Shown piece by piece: positions 18,401 to 30,876 of a stretch of DNA of 64,000 nt (position 1 is the first letter of the stretch; each line of letters opens with the position of its first letter). A program made the position numbers and the translations under genes. A model generated the notes under the pieces. The model saw only the letters and a program-made list of their open reading frames with translations, did not search any database and had not been told where the DNA came from. This DNA comes from Lingula anatina (lineage: Eukaryota > Animalia > Brachiopoda). The DNA is taken from positions 60,056,788 through 60,120,787 of the forward strand of contig CM120640.1 of NCBI GenBank assembly GCA_051362555.1. Direction: 5' to 3'.

Positions 18401-19303
18401 TTATCTCATAATCTTCAATTCTAAAAAAGTGGCAAAGCCCAGCATAAAATATTGTATAACTGTTCATTTAATCATCACCTCTGGTGTTATTTTGGAATTT
18501 ACCTTAAATATGAAAGAATTTCATAAAAATGTGAATTGCTGCAAAGTAACGCTATATAAAATTTGCTTTGCATTAAAAGTACAATCATTATTACATGTAG
18601 ATGCATGCATGCCCTCGGTTGTAATGTGTAGTGTGTCCGTGTGTGTCCTCGGTTAGAATGTAAAATTCTTGTCAGCAAAAAATTAGTTTTTATAAAAAAT
18701 TAATTTATAACATTCATACTCGAATAGATTTTACCCTAAATTGAATGTTTTTATTTTGATTTAACCAAGGAATAAGATGTCCTCGGTTGTATGGTGTTGT
18801 GCTGATGTCCTCGGTTGGTACACATAGACAAGTATGTGTGTGTGTGTGTGTGTGTGAAGGGGGGAAGCATATTACATATAAATATTACTCAAATTGGTGT
18901 TAGTTTGGATTTTGCAACCTAATTGATAAGTTTTTCATTTAGCTCGTATATTATCTTTTTTTTTTTAGGTTAGTGTTGATTTAGTATTAGCTACTTTTAA
19001 GACAAATGCAGAAAGGGCCCAAAAAATACTCCTCCATGCAATACCCAAAATAGCACAACAAGACTGGACAGCAGTAATGCAAGAAAACAAAGTAAGCACC
19101 AAGAAATATTTTAGGTTTATATGTAAGACGCCCTTATGTTTTAAAAATTTTATACCTGTTCATTTATTTATTTTTTACATATGAGAAAGATTATGTCAGT
19201 GGCTATGAAAACAATACAACCTGTTCAAAAACCAACAAAAAATCACTGGATAATATACTCAAAAATTTCTTTGCAGGCAGTTGCTCGGTCTTCCATAATG
19301 TGA
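11963..19303 (+). CDS. MTAP: S-methyl-5'-thioadenosine phosphorylase (about 273 aa)
   Basis: Exons 11963-11977, 12467-12553, 12784-12842, 13809-13976, 14312-14414, 14569-14721, 15267-15353, 18969-19091 and 19277-19303. Motifs [67 protein letters not shown] and VTDYD. Confidence 0.96.
12855..13385 (-). mobile_element. Degenerate HINE-like repeat fragment in MTAP intron 3
   Basis: 13230-13340 resembles the 46900-47040 part of the HINE-2 family (…ctaggaggagatagcgg…aaaacca). Boundaries are approximate. Confidence 0.35.
16032..16236. mobile_element. Harbinger-like MITE nested in the MTAP intron 7 element
   Basis: Inverted repeats ccctttacactgg-ggcgtccttt…aaaggacgcc-ccagtgtaaaggg. Confidence 0.55.
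16602..16850. mobile_element. Palindromic MITE, related to the copy at 24088-24300
   Basis: Shares ttcccaga, gatcgatct and the central agagggtaattaa with 24088-24300. Internal inverted pair ttagatgtctg / cagacatctaa. Confidence 0.45.
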
Positions 19304-19510
19304 GCCAGGATAACTTTCTAGAAGTCTCTGCTTATTTACAAGGGATGCTCAACTTACATTCATTGGCATTGCATTTTTAAAGGAACCTTAAAAGAGTCTG
19401 AATACATATGGCCAATGTGGATCTGGGCTATTTGTTTCACATGAACAGTTTAAGTCTAAACTACTTTGCAGGGTTCATTTTAGTGTTGTCAGGTGATGAT
19501 ATCTATTAAT

Positions 19511-19635
19511 CAGACATGAGGTTTTTCTGCAGAAATGCGGAATTCTGCATTTTTAAATTCAATTTTGATGGTTCCCGGCCGGTTAGGAGTTGAGTCCCAT
19601 GTTTGTTTTTTTTTTTAAACTTAGGCTCATGTCTG
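19511..19635. mobile_element. MITE about 200 bp downstream of the MTAP stop codon (probable 3' UTR)
   Basis: TIRs cagacatgag...ctcatgtctg with attaat on both flanks. A second family member lies at 41816-41970. Confidence 0.6.
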
Positions 19636-20299
19636 ATTAATTTAATGAACAATGACCATAGTGGGTCATTAAGAAACAAAAAAGTGATTTAAGATATTTC
19701 AGTTTTGGAAATTATGCTACATGCAATTAATATTTTTAGATTTAAGCTATGCCATTTCTAATTATTTTAAAGCAATTTTCTCTAATATTGTAAAGCATAA
19801 CTTGTGCACCAGTATATTCAGCTTGTGAGGTTGAGGATGTGAAGTTTGAACTTGGGTTGAAAGATTATTCATTAAAGGTTTTATGATGCTGTTATATATT
19901 AAGGTGAAAGTGTCATATGCATTAAGACATATATGTTTCAAATATAAGGATATAATTATTATGCAAAATTGTTTTCTGGCACTCTCTATATTATTGATAA
20001 ATTTATAGATAAACATAATTTTGTCTGTTTTTTGTCCTTAGGGCTAATGAATTTAATTGATTTAATATTGACCCCCTTTTTTGACAAATGCTTTTTTATC
20101 AAAATCTCAGTTTATTCAGCAAAAGGACAGACAGTTTGACAGAAATGCCATGCCATGTTTGACAAATGTGCAATTATAAACAATCCAGTGAAAGCTTTCC
20201 AGTGTGGATTTGTTTCTTCTGCATTGAATAAAAATATTAATATTAAAAAAATATTAAATAAAAAAATATTAAATTTTATTACAAAATTATGTCCCATTT

Positions 20300-21106
20300 G
20301 CTCTTGAAATCCAAGCGCAAATATTTATGTGTAACTTTTCCATAATTCTATCAGTTTTGGAAATATTTAGTATTTAAGTTTCTGTAAAAAAATGTTTGTG
20401 TTGATTGTGCTTTGGGTATATGGTGAGAAGTTACAATTGGGGTCTCCTTTCATCATCCAGAGTTTGGGGTCAGTTGGTGCATTTTTACAGGAGAAGCTGC
20501 CATTAGATGCTGAAAATCTAATTCTAGAACTGTTAAAGTAAGAGAACTGTTGTTTGTTACATTTTTTAGCAGTGGTGTCAGTATTTCGGTTTTCCATACA
20601 GCATACGAGTTGCATTACTTCAAAAAGTGCAACACCGTCATGTTCAATGGTGAAAATTTTAAAATTTGAAATATTCCAAAACTACAAGAGAAAAGTCCAT
20701 AGTTACTATTGAACTGGAATAGCAAATCATATAATTATATTGACAATCTTAATGTGGCTTTGAATTTGACCTTTTAAGTTATTTTCACTATGAACTGAGC
20801 TTTGCAAATTTTCTGGCCCTTATATCTCCAAAACTGTTAGTTGACAGTTGACCTTCAACCCACTTTTCCACATGAAGTGCACTTCACATATTTACTGGCC
20901 CTGATTTCATACAAAAGCAGATGTATCCATAGCTACCATTTAGCTTGAGTGAGCTTGAATGTTACCTGTTGTGCATAATTAAATTTTGGTATTGGTTTTG
21001 CTGTGAAGTAATTTGCAATATTGCATCAAAATCAGCAAAGTAACCTTTTGTGCATCATTATTTTTCTGCTTTTTGTCTGTGCGTTTGACAGCTTTGCTGC
21101 CTTGTT
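20300..21106 (+). mobile_element. Decayed HINE remnant
   Basis: Ends with the HINE-1-type 3' terminus ttgtctgtgcgtttgacagctttgctgccttgtt (21073-21106). Contains a degenerate 146-bp satellite-like unit at about 20680-20840. Left boundary is approximate. Confidence 0.5.
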
Positions 21107-21626
21107 AATCAAGGAGTTTTAGCACAAACTCCTTGTTTTAGTATACAGGCAACGTGTGTGCCTGTACATTTTGATCAATGCCAGTGTCGGCGTTAGTGCT
21201 GTCCGAACATTTGTTCGCCCTTTAACTTCCAAACCGTATTTTTGTTTTACTTCCAATTGTACGGATAATTTTCGTATGGTGGAAAGAAAGACTAGGTTCG
21301 ATAATCAGTCAAATAGGATTTTTTTCGAAAGTTGTTGATATAATTTTTTCTGCGTCGTTCACTTTCTAAGTGCCAACACGTATTTGTTTTACTTAAAAAA
21401 AAAACAACGTTGAAACTTCATTTAGTAAAAAGGAAGGTCATGCTCGAAAATCAGCAAAATCGGAATTTTATTTACGAAATTGAATTTCTTTTTCGCATAT
21501 TTTGCGACGTTTGCCCATAAAGGCCCAATTGTGTTTTCATATCCGTCTTGCTGGGAGACTTTGTTTGGTGAAAAGGCAAGTTGGTTCGAATTTCAGCATT
21601 ATTGTTACAAAATTAATGTTATAATG

Positions 21627-21669
<43 letters not shown>

Positions 21670-22577
21670 AAACAACAGATTGGATTAAATATGAGGGTTT
21701 GCCCCATGTTAAAATTAAATCCAAATGGCATTTCATTTTCATTTTGATGTATAAGTAACCTGTTTAAATTATGAAATAATGCGTGGCCGAAGGGGGCAGA
21801 TCCTCTTGAAAAATAATATTTTCGTAGTGTTAGGAATTTGTTTTCTCCACCTCTATTAGAAGTCTTAAGTTGCCTTAAGTCAGCTTCTTCATGAGTACCA
21901 CAAGTAGCACAAATATCCTGGTTGCACGTACACTATGATGTAGACTTTAAGACGGACTTTCTATAGTGCGCCCTTCTCCGCTCAAAAAAAAAAATATATA
22001 TATATATATATTTTGAATGTCTGGTTCGTCTTAGTTAAGAACAGAAAAAAAAGACAAAGCTGATCACTGCATTGCTCCGTTTATTTTATTTAGTGATATC
22101 TGTATGCCACTGATCTAATTAATAAAATTGATTATATCCATCGACGTGACAATGGACTCAATATCGATCAGATTAAACATGAATAGATGTATGGACACAC
22201 AAATTTTTGTTACTTGTGTTTAGTCAGAACAACCGATTTAATAACATAAGTTAATGGACTAAAGTTATTTGCAAAGGTACAAATGCAAATCGATGTCCTT
22301 TTCTTTGAAAACGATATTGCAAGCATACAGTAGAGAGAATAACACCATGGTCATACAACAAAAGGAGCAAACAAGCGCAGATGGCTTATGTATGCTTTGA
22401 ATAATTTACGAACGTAAATCTTTAGTAATTCCAATCTTCAGCTTGTTTTTACATAGGCCAAACATGTGCATCAATGCTTTATGCAAATAATATACGCACG
22501 TTCGTAAGTGCAATCCTTAGTTTGCCTTTAGGACTCATTTTGATATAGTACATGTAATGGAACCTTACACTGTCTGT

Positions 22578-23386
22578 TTATTGCCTTGTAATGGTGACAG
22601 ATCCATGCCCGTTATGAGCCTTGCTAGTTCCAGTGGTGTTCGAGCCCGAATTATAGGAGCCCCCTCCGCCCCCGCAGGAATTGCTGTTGTTATCCCCACT
22701 CGCTCCCCCAGAGTACCCTCCCCCTCCTCCTGCTCCTCCGCCATTGCCGTAAGCCCCTCCGCCACCACCAAACCCGCCATCTGCATTGTAGTTTGCTGAG
22801 CCGTAATATTTAGATCTTCCTCCCACTCCTCCATTAACAAAAGCTTTCCCGCCCTCGCCCCCTGTACCGCTACCTCCATACTGGGAACTGCTGCGTCCGT
22901 CGGTTAACAGGCCACCTCCGCCGCCCCCAGAGTTACTGCTGTCTGCTGTGGACGCTCCTTGTCCATTGGAGCCGCCTGGCCAAGCCGAGCCGCCGTAGCC
23001 GTTGTTGCCGGTGGTGCTCGTGGTCCCGCCGCACGTGTCGTATGCCGCACTGGGGGTTTCCACACCTCCTCCACCGCCAGCAATAATTAAAGGAGTGTCA
23101 TCAGCCCGCGTTACAAATGTACCGCCGCCTCCACCAGTTGAAGAATAAGTATTTACAGGACCCATCTGTCCGACTAAAATCTTCAACTCGTCACCTAAGG
23201 ATTACGAAGCATGAGCAAATTTACAATTTTGTATTGATACTTTTCTAATCACTGTTTATTCACACAATTTATCAGAAATTGCGTGTTTTTTTAAACACAT
23301 GCAAGATAGGAAGGAACCGCTAAATCCATTTGCTGCTATTTCGAATTTATACCGGAAGTTTTGAGCCTCTAAATACCCAAACATTA

Positions 23387-23434
<48 letters not shown>

Positions 23435-23653
23435 TCATAGGAGCGGACATACAGATGCACGGACCGAGCGTTTTACCTGCATTTAAACTGAATGTCCCTG
23501 CGACCACGGCCCCTAGGGCGCGATGTTGGCAGTTATTTTGATTCTGGTCACAGCCTCCTGCGGCACCTAAAATAACGATCACTGACTTTACTTTTGGTGT
23601 TGTAAGGCATAAATTAACTGATTATGATATTGATAGGCTATGTACATATCTTG

Positions 23654-23696
<43 letters not shown>

Positions 23697-26634
23697 AAGG
23701 GGAGAGAATAAATCTTGCCAGACCCTAACAAAACCATCTATTTTCAAGATGCTGAAACGAAGACCACCATTTTTCCATGAAATCTAGCACTTTAGGGCAC
23801 CTACCTTTCACTTCGATCCTGTAGTTGCCTGTCATGGGTACAGTGAAAAACTGGATACCATTGATTAAGGTCACCATTCCCTCGTGGTCCTGGCCATCAT
23901 AGTGAGAACCTATGGAAGTGGGCCCAGTTCTCCCTGTGGCGCCAAGATTGGTAAATGTCGCCGTGTTGAAAGCTGAAAGTGAGTTGAAAGGAGTTATTGA
24001 ACTATTTCGTCATTTACAGTTTGACGGATCGCATTTGGATACAGAATCATTTTGTTCAGTCGATCACAGGAATAACGATTAACTATGGCTGTATTCCCAG
24101 ACCTTTTAGATCGATCTATCCCCGCGGGGAGTCTCACTAGATTACTGTCAGATAAACCGGCTTAAATGTCCGTCCCGCCTACTACAAGCTGTAAGAGGGT
24201 AATTAACTTTCGTGTCCGCTCGGCTGACAGCTATTTAGCGTGAACCCCCAGGGAGTTAGGTCGATCTAAAGTAGATCGATCTAATCTCTGGAAATGGGGT
24301 CATAGCATTAGTAGTTAATACTCAGGGGCGGATTTAGGCCGTCTTCTGGGTCTTCCGGAAGACGGTCAGATTTTCAAGTTTACATTGACGGGTATCTAAT
24401 TTTTTCTGTTGGAAGACGGTCAAAAATAGAGGATGGATCAACAGAGATAATTGGGAAGACTCTCAGAAAATATCTCTAGATCCGCCCCTGAATACTTATG
24501 GTTATAAAATAAACTCAGAATATAAATCTGTTTTCGTTAATCTGAGGTCTGATATAATATTGACAGAAGTCATCACCAAATATAAAAGGTAACTGGCTGA
24601 TAACATCACCGATTATTTTTAACGGCTAAAAAAGGGAAATCCGTAAAATATGTGTCAATTTTTGTTATCTTAAAGGACAATCACTTTTCTGGGATCTGCA
24701 GGTCAACATATCGACTTTAGCCAGTCCTTAATTGTATACTTTAAAAAATAACTCGTGATTTAAATCGATCAGGTTGCACGTCTGACAACACTAATGCATA
24801 TCAAAAAGTATTCAGCATAATGTAGTTTACCATGGCGATGGCATTGGCGTTCGACATTGACAGTAAGGACAGTAGGTCCGATGAATAAGAGGAGCTGCAT
24901 TTTTCCAGCTGCAGAAAGACTTACGTATCTGGCACGTTCTACCATCCGAGCTGAGCAGCTTATCCCCAGTACACTCACACTTGTAACCGCCCCACGTGTT
25001 GATGCACGTCTCTTCACAGTCATGAGAACCGCTCGTACACTCATCCTTGTCTGCCATAATTTTAAAAATAAATATTTGTTATTGATATAAATTTTGTAGA
25101 TAAAAAACGTCCAGTTCTTTGATTTAATTATGAGCATACAAATATATTACATAATGTAGGTATATTAGTCTAATGATTTCCCAACCAGTAAGAAAATAGT
25201 CTTACCCAGTAATAACCGACACAATCCGCCGTTGGGGATATACTTTGCAGAAGTGCAAGTAAATCCTTCGTTTCCCTTAGGAGTAAATTTGTTACACTCT
25301 GCAAAACATTCTCCGATGCTCATGGGGGCCTCGTGAAACACTGCGGAGAGGTTAGCATACTGGGAGTACCCGGCACCATCCACTACGACACCTGAAGACA
25401 TAAGCGATGGGCTATAAACTCGATAAAAACAATTCCATTTGTTGCAAACCAAGTTATCTCTGAAGCTCAGGGTGCTTGAACACAGACTGTACACCAGAAA
25501 AAAAACCATCAGATAGAGATTTGATCTGCATAAAAAGTTTTAACCACAACTGACGTGTCATTGACAGTTCTACGAAAGCAGTTTTATGCCTATCCCTACA
25601 CGTTGCTTGAACATTCTCGTGTATGGAATTCAACAATAAACGTAATACAAGACATGTATTCCCATGTCCGGGTAATACCAAAGACCATAAAAAAACGGTA
25701 CCCGATGCCTCCTAGCTAAGCACTCAGCACATGAAGGATGTAGCAAAGTTATATGGTGATGATGGCCTGAGAGCTTTAAAACGGGTGAGGAAATGGCCTG
25801 TAAAATGTCTGTAAACACTAAGTGCCCAGTAAAGTACATGTAGTATTATTATTATTGTTAATTTGAGCATCACATATACCGGTGCTTGGGTGAAATGGGT
25901 GAAATATATGAAGTGTAGAAAAGCCAGCAACTAGCAGATTTTAACCAAAGCTTTACAATGTACAGTATGAGTTGTAATAATTACTGCATAAATCATAATT
26001 AATATCATTACAAACATCAGAAACATGGGATCACATCGGATACCAATTGTTAAAATAATCGACAAAAATGTTGATTGAACCATTTTGACAGAGTGACGTG
26101 TCACCAACCTTCTAAGATATTATTTATTAATGAATCATTTTTTTAAGATAAAAATACAAAATTACATAGTATTGCATGTCGTTAAAACATGAATATAAAA
26201 AATAACTCATCAGAAAGCCTTTTAAGTAGTCCCTCAAGCATGTACCATGAATAACTGGAATGAGGCAACTGACACATGATCCAAAATATAATTTACTATT
26301 CTGAATGTTCTAAAACATCGTTGCATCTCCAAAAACAAAAAATGAAGTGCATGATGGAAGAAAAGATAACAACAAATGGATTTTGGCCGCGTTTTCATAT
26401 TTTATGATACGGTTGCACGGAAACCATCAACTTTCACCCGCAACTTGACTGAAGTAAAGGTGTTATTTGTCCAAGCACGCAAAAACCAAAAATTGTGCGG
26501 TGGATTAGCAAAACCAAATGTAAAATAAAAAATAACGAAAAAGTGTCTTTGGTCATGAAGTAGACCTTTCCACTCACTTGCTCTTACTTACCTGCCAAAC
26601 AAACGGCAATAACGGCCAAGCGTAGTGAATCCAT
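22578..26634 (-). CDS. Secreted protein (about 409 aa): signal peptide, PAN/apple-like domain, calcium-binding EGF domain and ALK/LTK-type TNF-like/glycine-rich domain; no transmembrane segment or kinase
   Basis: Exons 26634-26592, 25391-25206, 25050-24925, 23972-23805, 23566-23477 and 23194-22578, all joined by phase-1 introns. Signal MDSLRLAVIAVCLAGVVVDG. cbEGF DKDECTSGSHDCEETCINTWGGYKCEC. The segments FTNLGATGRTGPT...GIQFFTVPMTGNYRIEVKGAAGG...ILVGQMG...GGGGGTFV...PLIIAGGGGG...GGFGGGGG...GGGGGYSGG...GGGGGSYN...HGSVTITRQ* match the recalled ALK/LTK extracellular Gly-rich region. Confidence 0.85.
24088..24300. mobile_element. Palindromic MITE
   Basis: Terminal inverted pair ttcccaga..ttagatcgatcta / tagatcgatctaa..tctggaaa. 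Similar to 16602-16850. Confidence 0.5.
24323..24490. mobile_element. CAGGGGCGGAT-type MITE
   Basis: TIRs caggggcggat...atccgcccctg with a 6-bp direct repeat aatact (24317-24322 and 24491-24496). Confidence 0.75.
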
Positions 26635-28789
26635 TAGAAAGATTTTTTCAGATCTGCAAAACTCTCAATGCTTCTAACATCGCCACTGCTTTAGCAAAAG
26701 TATATAATTTAATCTGTGGCAGTAATTATAGAAATTGTAAACAATGGCAGTAGAAATGATCAAATCGACCCAATGAAATCCCATCATTTTCATTGATCGA
26801 ACAACCTATATTGGAAGTAGGATGATGGATGGATACTTATTAATTATTTATGTCAAAATCGACCCTGAATTGTATTAGATTATTCAAATTCACAATGTGC
26901 TTTTCAGATTAAATCGTTAGAATAAACGTGAGCATGTACTGTGTAGCGCAATAGATATTCAGTTGATTGACCTTTTGTTTAGTAACCAAGGATACGTGAC
27001 AAATCCGAACAGGTTAGGGTTAATAAGCTTGGCGTAAGAGGGTTAACCTTTTAGACATTTGCCCCGGGCGCCTGGACTGAAGTCGTACTGTATCACTCAT
27101 TCTCAATATATGAACATGTAGGTTCATTTGAAGAAAAAAAAAAAAGAAAGTGAAAAATGAAGTTAAAGATATTTTCGCGGATGCTACTTTTATTACATCT
27201 CTGGTGACAGAAAGTGATAAATCTAGCTTTTGTGCAAATCATGGAAAATTTTTGAAATGCATTGCTAGTATGTGAAAATTTTCGTAGCAAATGTTTCAGT
27301 TCTTTCAGTAACGAAAGTTTTAAAAATGATAACCCTTTTGGATAATTTGCATGTTGTTTATACTAGCAAAAATTAGACTGCGCTAAAAGGGGATTAAGCC
27401 CTATGAGATGCACGTTTATTTTATTGACAAATTTTGTCCTCAACCTCAAGTATATTTTTTCATAATGCCTGGTAACGAAGGTTTTGCAAATTACTTTCTA
27501 AGAAAATGCAGTTTTGCCGTGTTTCGTGTAACTGTACTATATCGTCTATCTAATCATGGATGTAACTGAATTGAATATTTTATTAATGGCTAAAATATTA
27601 CAATAACATCAAACAACTAAAAATGACGACCTGCGTCATAAGTCGTAACGAAGTTTTTTTTTCGATTTTTAAAAATCTGGCGACACCGCAAAAGTAGACC
27701 CAAGCTATTTACCGAGTTAATTAAAATGAACATTCTAGACATTTTCTGAAACATTAGGTATCATACTAGCTTCCTGACAAGTTGCACATCGTTCTTCTTT
27801 GGTAAAAAGAAACTAGATCGATTGGAGAATAGGAGATGGTGCTGCGAGTCTGTCTGTCTGTCTGATTTTTGTGTGAAAACAGATAAATCTAATAATGATT
27901 ATATTTATTAAGTTGCTTGACTAATTAAAGTTAAGTTCCACTTGGGCAAACAATTCTTCCGCTTGTTTGCTTTTCATAATTTTTTAAAAATTTTTGAATA
28001 AGTGAGTATACGATTTTCCGTGCGAAATTTTTCAATTTCAACAACATGACCTTGAGGTCACTTAAGGAAAATCCATTGTCGATTGAAAAGTAATCGTAAG
28101 GGCCCGTTTCAGTCTCAGGGCAGTTGTCGTACGCCTTCCGTGCGGCTTCCTTGAATATCGATACGTTATCGGTACCGCCCCCTACGATTGACCCATGTGA
28201 AGATAACGCACTTCAGATTCATGCAATCACTAGCTTAAAAATAGCTTTACTGTTGTTGATCCCTCTAAAAAATCAAAGGTTGAAGTGAAAGAGACTAACA
28301 ACAGATTGACAAAATCGTAGAGGCTATTCTGATACCGTGAATCCGTAGGCCTACGATAAGGCCTACGTACAGTTCGATATCACAGGGCCACTACCGGCCT
28401 CTGTACAAACGCCACACGAAAAGAGATTTATGAGAGTATACGAGCAACATCTCATGGCAAATGTAATCTATGCTTTACTTGTGCAAAACAGTGAGTAACG
28501 GGTTTTCTATTAATTAGCATGTTCAACGCTAAATCACACATAAAAACAACGCGCGCCATATATTTCTCCTTCCCCGACAAACACATGCACACACACAAAG
28601 AAGACACGCCTCGGTTTTTTTAGGAAATATATTAACAGATGGCATGATCACCGATTTTTGTCTCAACAGTGCTGATATAATGATAACAGCTTATTTATTT
28701 TTTGCGCATCCAACATTTCCAAAATAGAATAGTCTATATTAGTCATTGTGATAGGTGTCTGAGGGATGCATTGTGTTAAAGTGGTGCTG

Positions 28790-28883
28790 TAAAGTAGGTC
28801 ATGTGACATTTGTATAAACAAGATGGTGGACCGACCCTCCCCCCATTCATCAGGTTGTTGAACTTATTGAGCTGTATTTTTAG
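28790..28883 (+). promoter_or_regulatory. Probable Dab promoter and non-coding first exon
   Basis: E-box-like gtcatgtgac (about 28798-28807), YY1-like aagatggtgg, and a strong donor ag|gtaagt at 28883/28884, upstream of the first coding exon. Confidence 0.4.
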
Positions 28884-30563
28884 GTAAGTGATATCGGAAT
28901 GCAAAAGAATAACCGGTTCAGTAGTAAAATTCTCATGGGCCATTTCTGAAGTACTTAGCTAGAATTTTTATGTACCTCTCCTGGAAACTGAGTTTTTGTT
29001 TCACAATTTTGAATGAGTGTCATTGATTCAAAAATAATGTATTCGTACAAATTAATGGTCGTTCATGTTCCATATGCGTGAAAGCTACTTGTAGCTTTTT
29101 ATCCATTATAGACAGCATGCACGACAGCATTTATATATTATAATATATTTGTAAGGAGTTGAAGTATGAAAAGGTGTGCTCGCAGAAATAGTTCTACTCC
29201 ACATGCTCGGCTGTCTCCTCGATTTGTCAGAGAAGCTACTGTAGAAACCACATAAAACGACATAAAAGTACCACACTTTAATATACCCCAGTTGTTTCTT
29301 AGTTTTGCTGAAAACATTTGTGTCCTTATGTAAAAGGTATTATGTTACTGTTACTACTACAGATTTTAGATGAGAGTGCATCACCAGCCCTGTTGATTTA
29401 GGTACATGTACATGTGTACTGAGTACATATAAATTCAATTTACAAGGTGGACCAAATCTACAGTACTATTCTGCCTCAGAGTACTATCAATTGGCTTGAT
29501 TTAATAAATAATGCAGTTTAAATAACACCATATGAGACTTTATCAGTATTGATGATATTCTCTCTGACTATTGATAACCTGTTTTCATTCATGGTATTGT
29601 CTGCCATAATCTGGTACCTGGTATATGTTTGTTCTTGTCAGAGAAAATGGTGATAGGTGAAGCTGGCATAGAATGATAGATGGGGAAGATTTTGACATAT
29701 GGCTGCTTTATTGTTTGTAAGACATGTAGTGCTCAGTCAAATTAGGCATGACTACTAGTATTTTGATAGAAGTTGACTTGCTGTATCAATTTAAGGAGGT
29801 AGACTGCACTGTTGTATAAGGTTCTGCTCACTTATTCATATCATTGATAATTCCTTTTAAAAGTTTGATAAAATTCTGTGCAATAATAAAAATAATAATA
29901 ATCATTGCCATTCAAATGGTAAAGGTATACATATTTAGCTGCAGATTTATTTGCCAGAAATATTTTATCTTAAGTCTGTATATATACATGTACACATGGA
30001 CGATATTGTACTTCTTTAAAAAAAATATCACAAGCAGTTCCTTACCATCCTAAAAGGTAATACATGGACTTTGTGCCCAGTGGTATCTTTATATGGCTCT
30101 AATGGGTTGGTATCAGGCTTTGTCCCTGTTTAGTTTACTGTTGTGGAGATAAGAATGCTGTGAAGGAAACATTTGCATACATATCTGAAATTACAAGTGC
30201 AGGGGGCGGATCAGGGGAGAGATTACCAGTAGGGTGGAGGATGGTACAAATGACTTATATATTTTGTCATTATAAGAAGTAGTCAAGACATTTGTCGTGC
30301 AAGATCCATTCATTGGAAAGATACCGAAAAGTACAAGTAGTTAGTAAGTGCCAAAAGATTTGTGTACGTTTTTATTTAGGAATAGCTTAGGTTTTGCAAA
30401 TTACTTCATTGGACCAATCTTTGACCCTGTCATGTGTTTCAGCTCAGTGGACTCTGGAGTAGAAACTGGATCATGCTAGTCTAAGAGATGGCAGTATGAA
30501 GCAGTAGTTTTCTTTTGCAACCCTTTGCTTTATTTTTCTTATAGTTGTACACATCAGCTGACC

Positions 30564-30833
30564 ATGTCCAGTACCCCAGAGCCTACCCCTGGGGACACCC
30601 TTCCAGCAACCACAGAGACCCCACCTTCCTCACAGTCCAATACACCAGTTAAAGGGCAGAAAACAGTCAAGAAAGGTATGTAAATACTCTGGAGTAAAAT
30701 TTTAACGGGGATGATGTTATAAGAGTTTCTGTATTGTTTTCTTCATCCATATCCTTCTTTGGGCAATACAATGGTTTATTGACAGTATAAAGTGATAAAT
30801 GGGCAAATACTGTTGAACATATTAAATTTGTTA

Positions 30834-30876
<43 letters not shown>

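Larger units (their letters stand above)
15463..18832. mobile_element. 3.4-kb composite non-autonomous TIR element with AACCGAGGAC subterminal repeats, inserted in a (TG)n microsatellite in MTAP intron 7
   Basis: Both ends read CTTGT-N11-AACCGAGGACA inward. The 10-mer occurs about ten times near the ends in both orientations. (TG)n runs lie on both sides (15412-15460 and 18835-18856). It contains nested MITEs and a decayed HINE-1 copy (about 17150-18330). Confidence 0.7.

Noticed and set aside
22557-22879. Overlapping alternative-frame and antisense ORFs over the Gly-rich exon
   Set aside because: By-products of GC-rich glycine codons. The same applies to the shadow ORFs over the large Pro-rich Dab exon (35916-36934).
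27011-27050. ggttagggtta telomere-like sequence
   Set aside because: Fewer than two full units, expected by chance.
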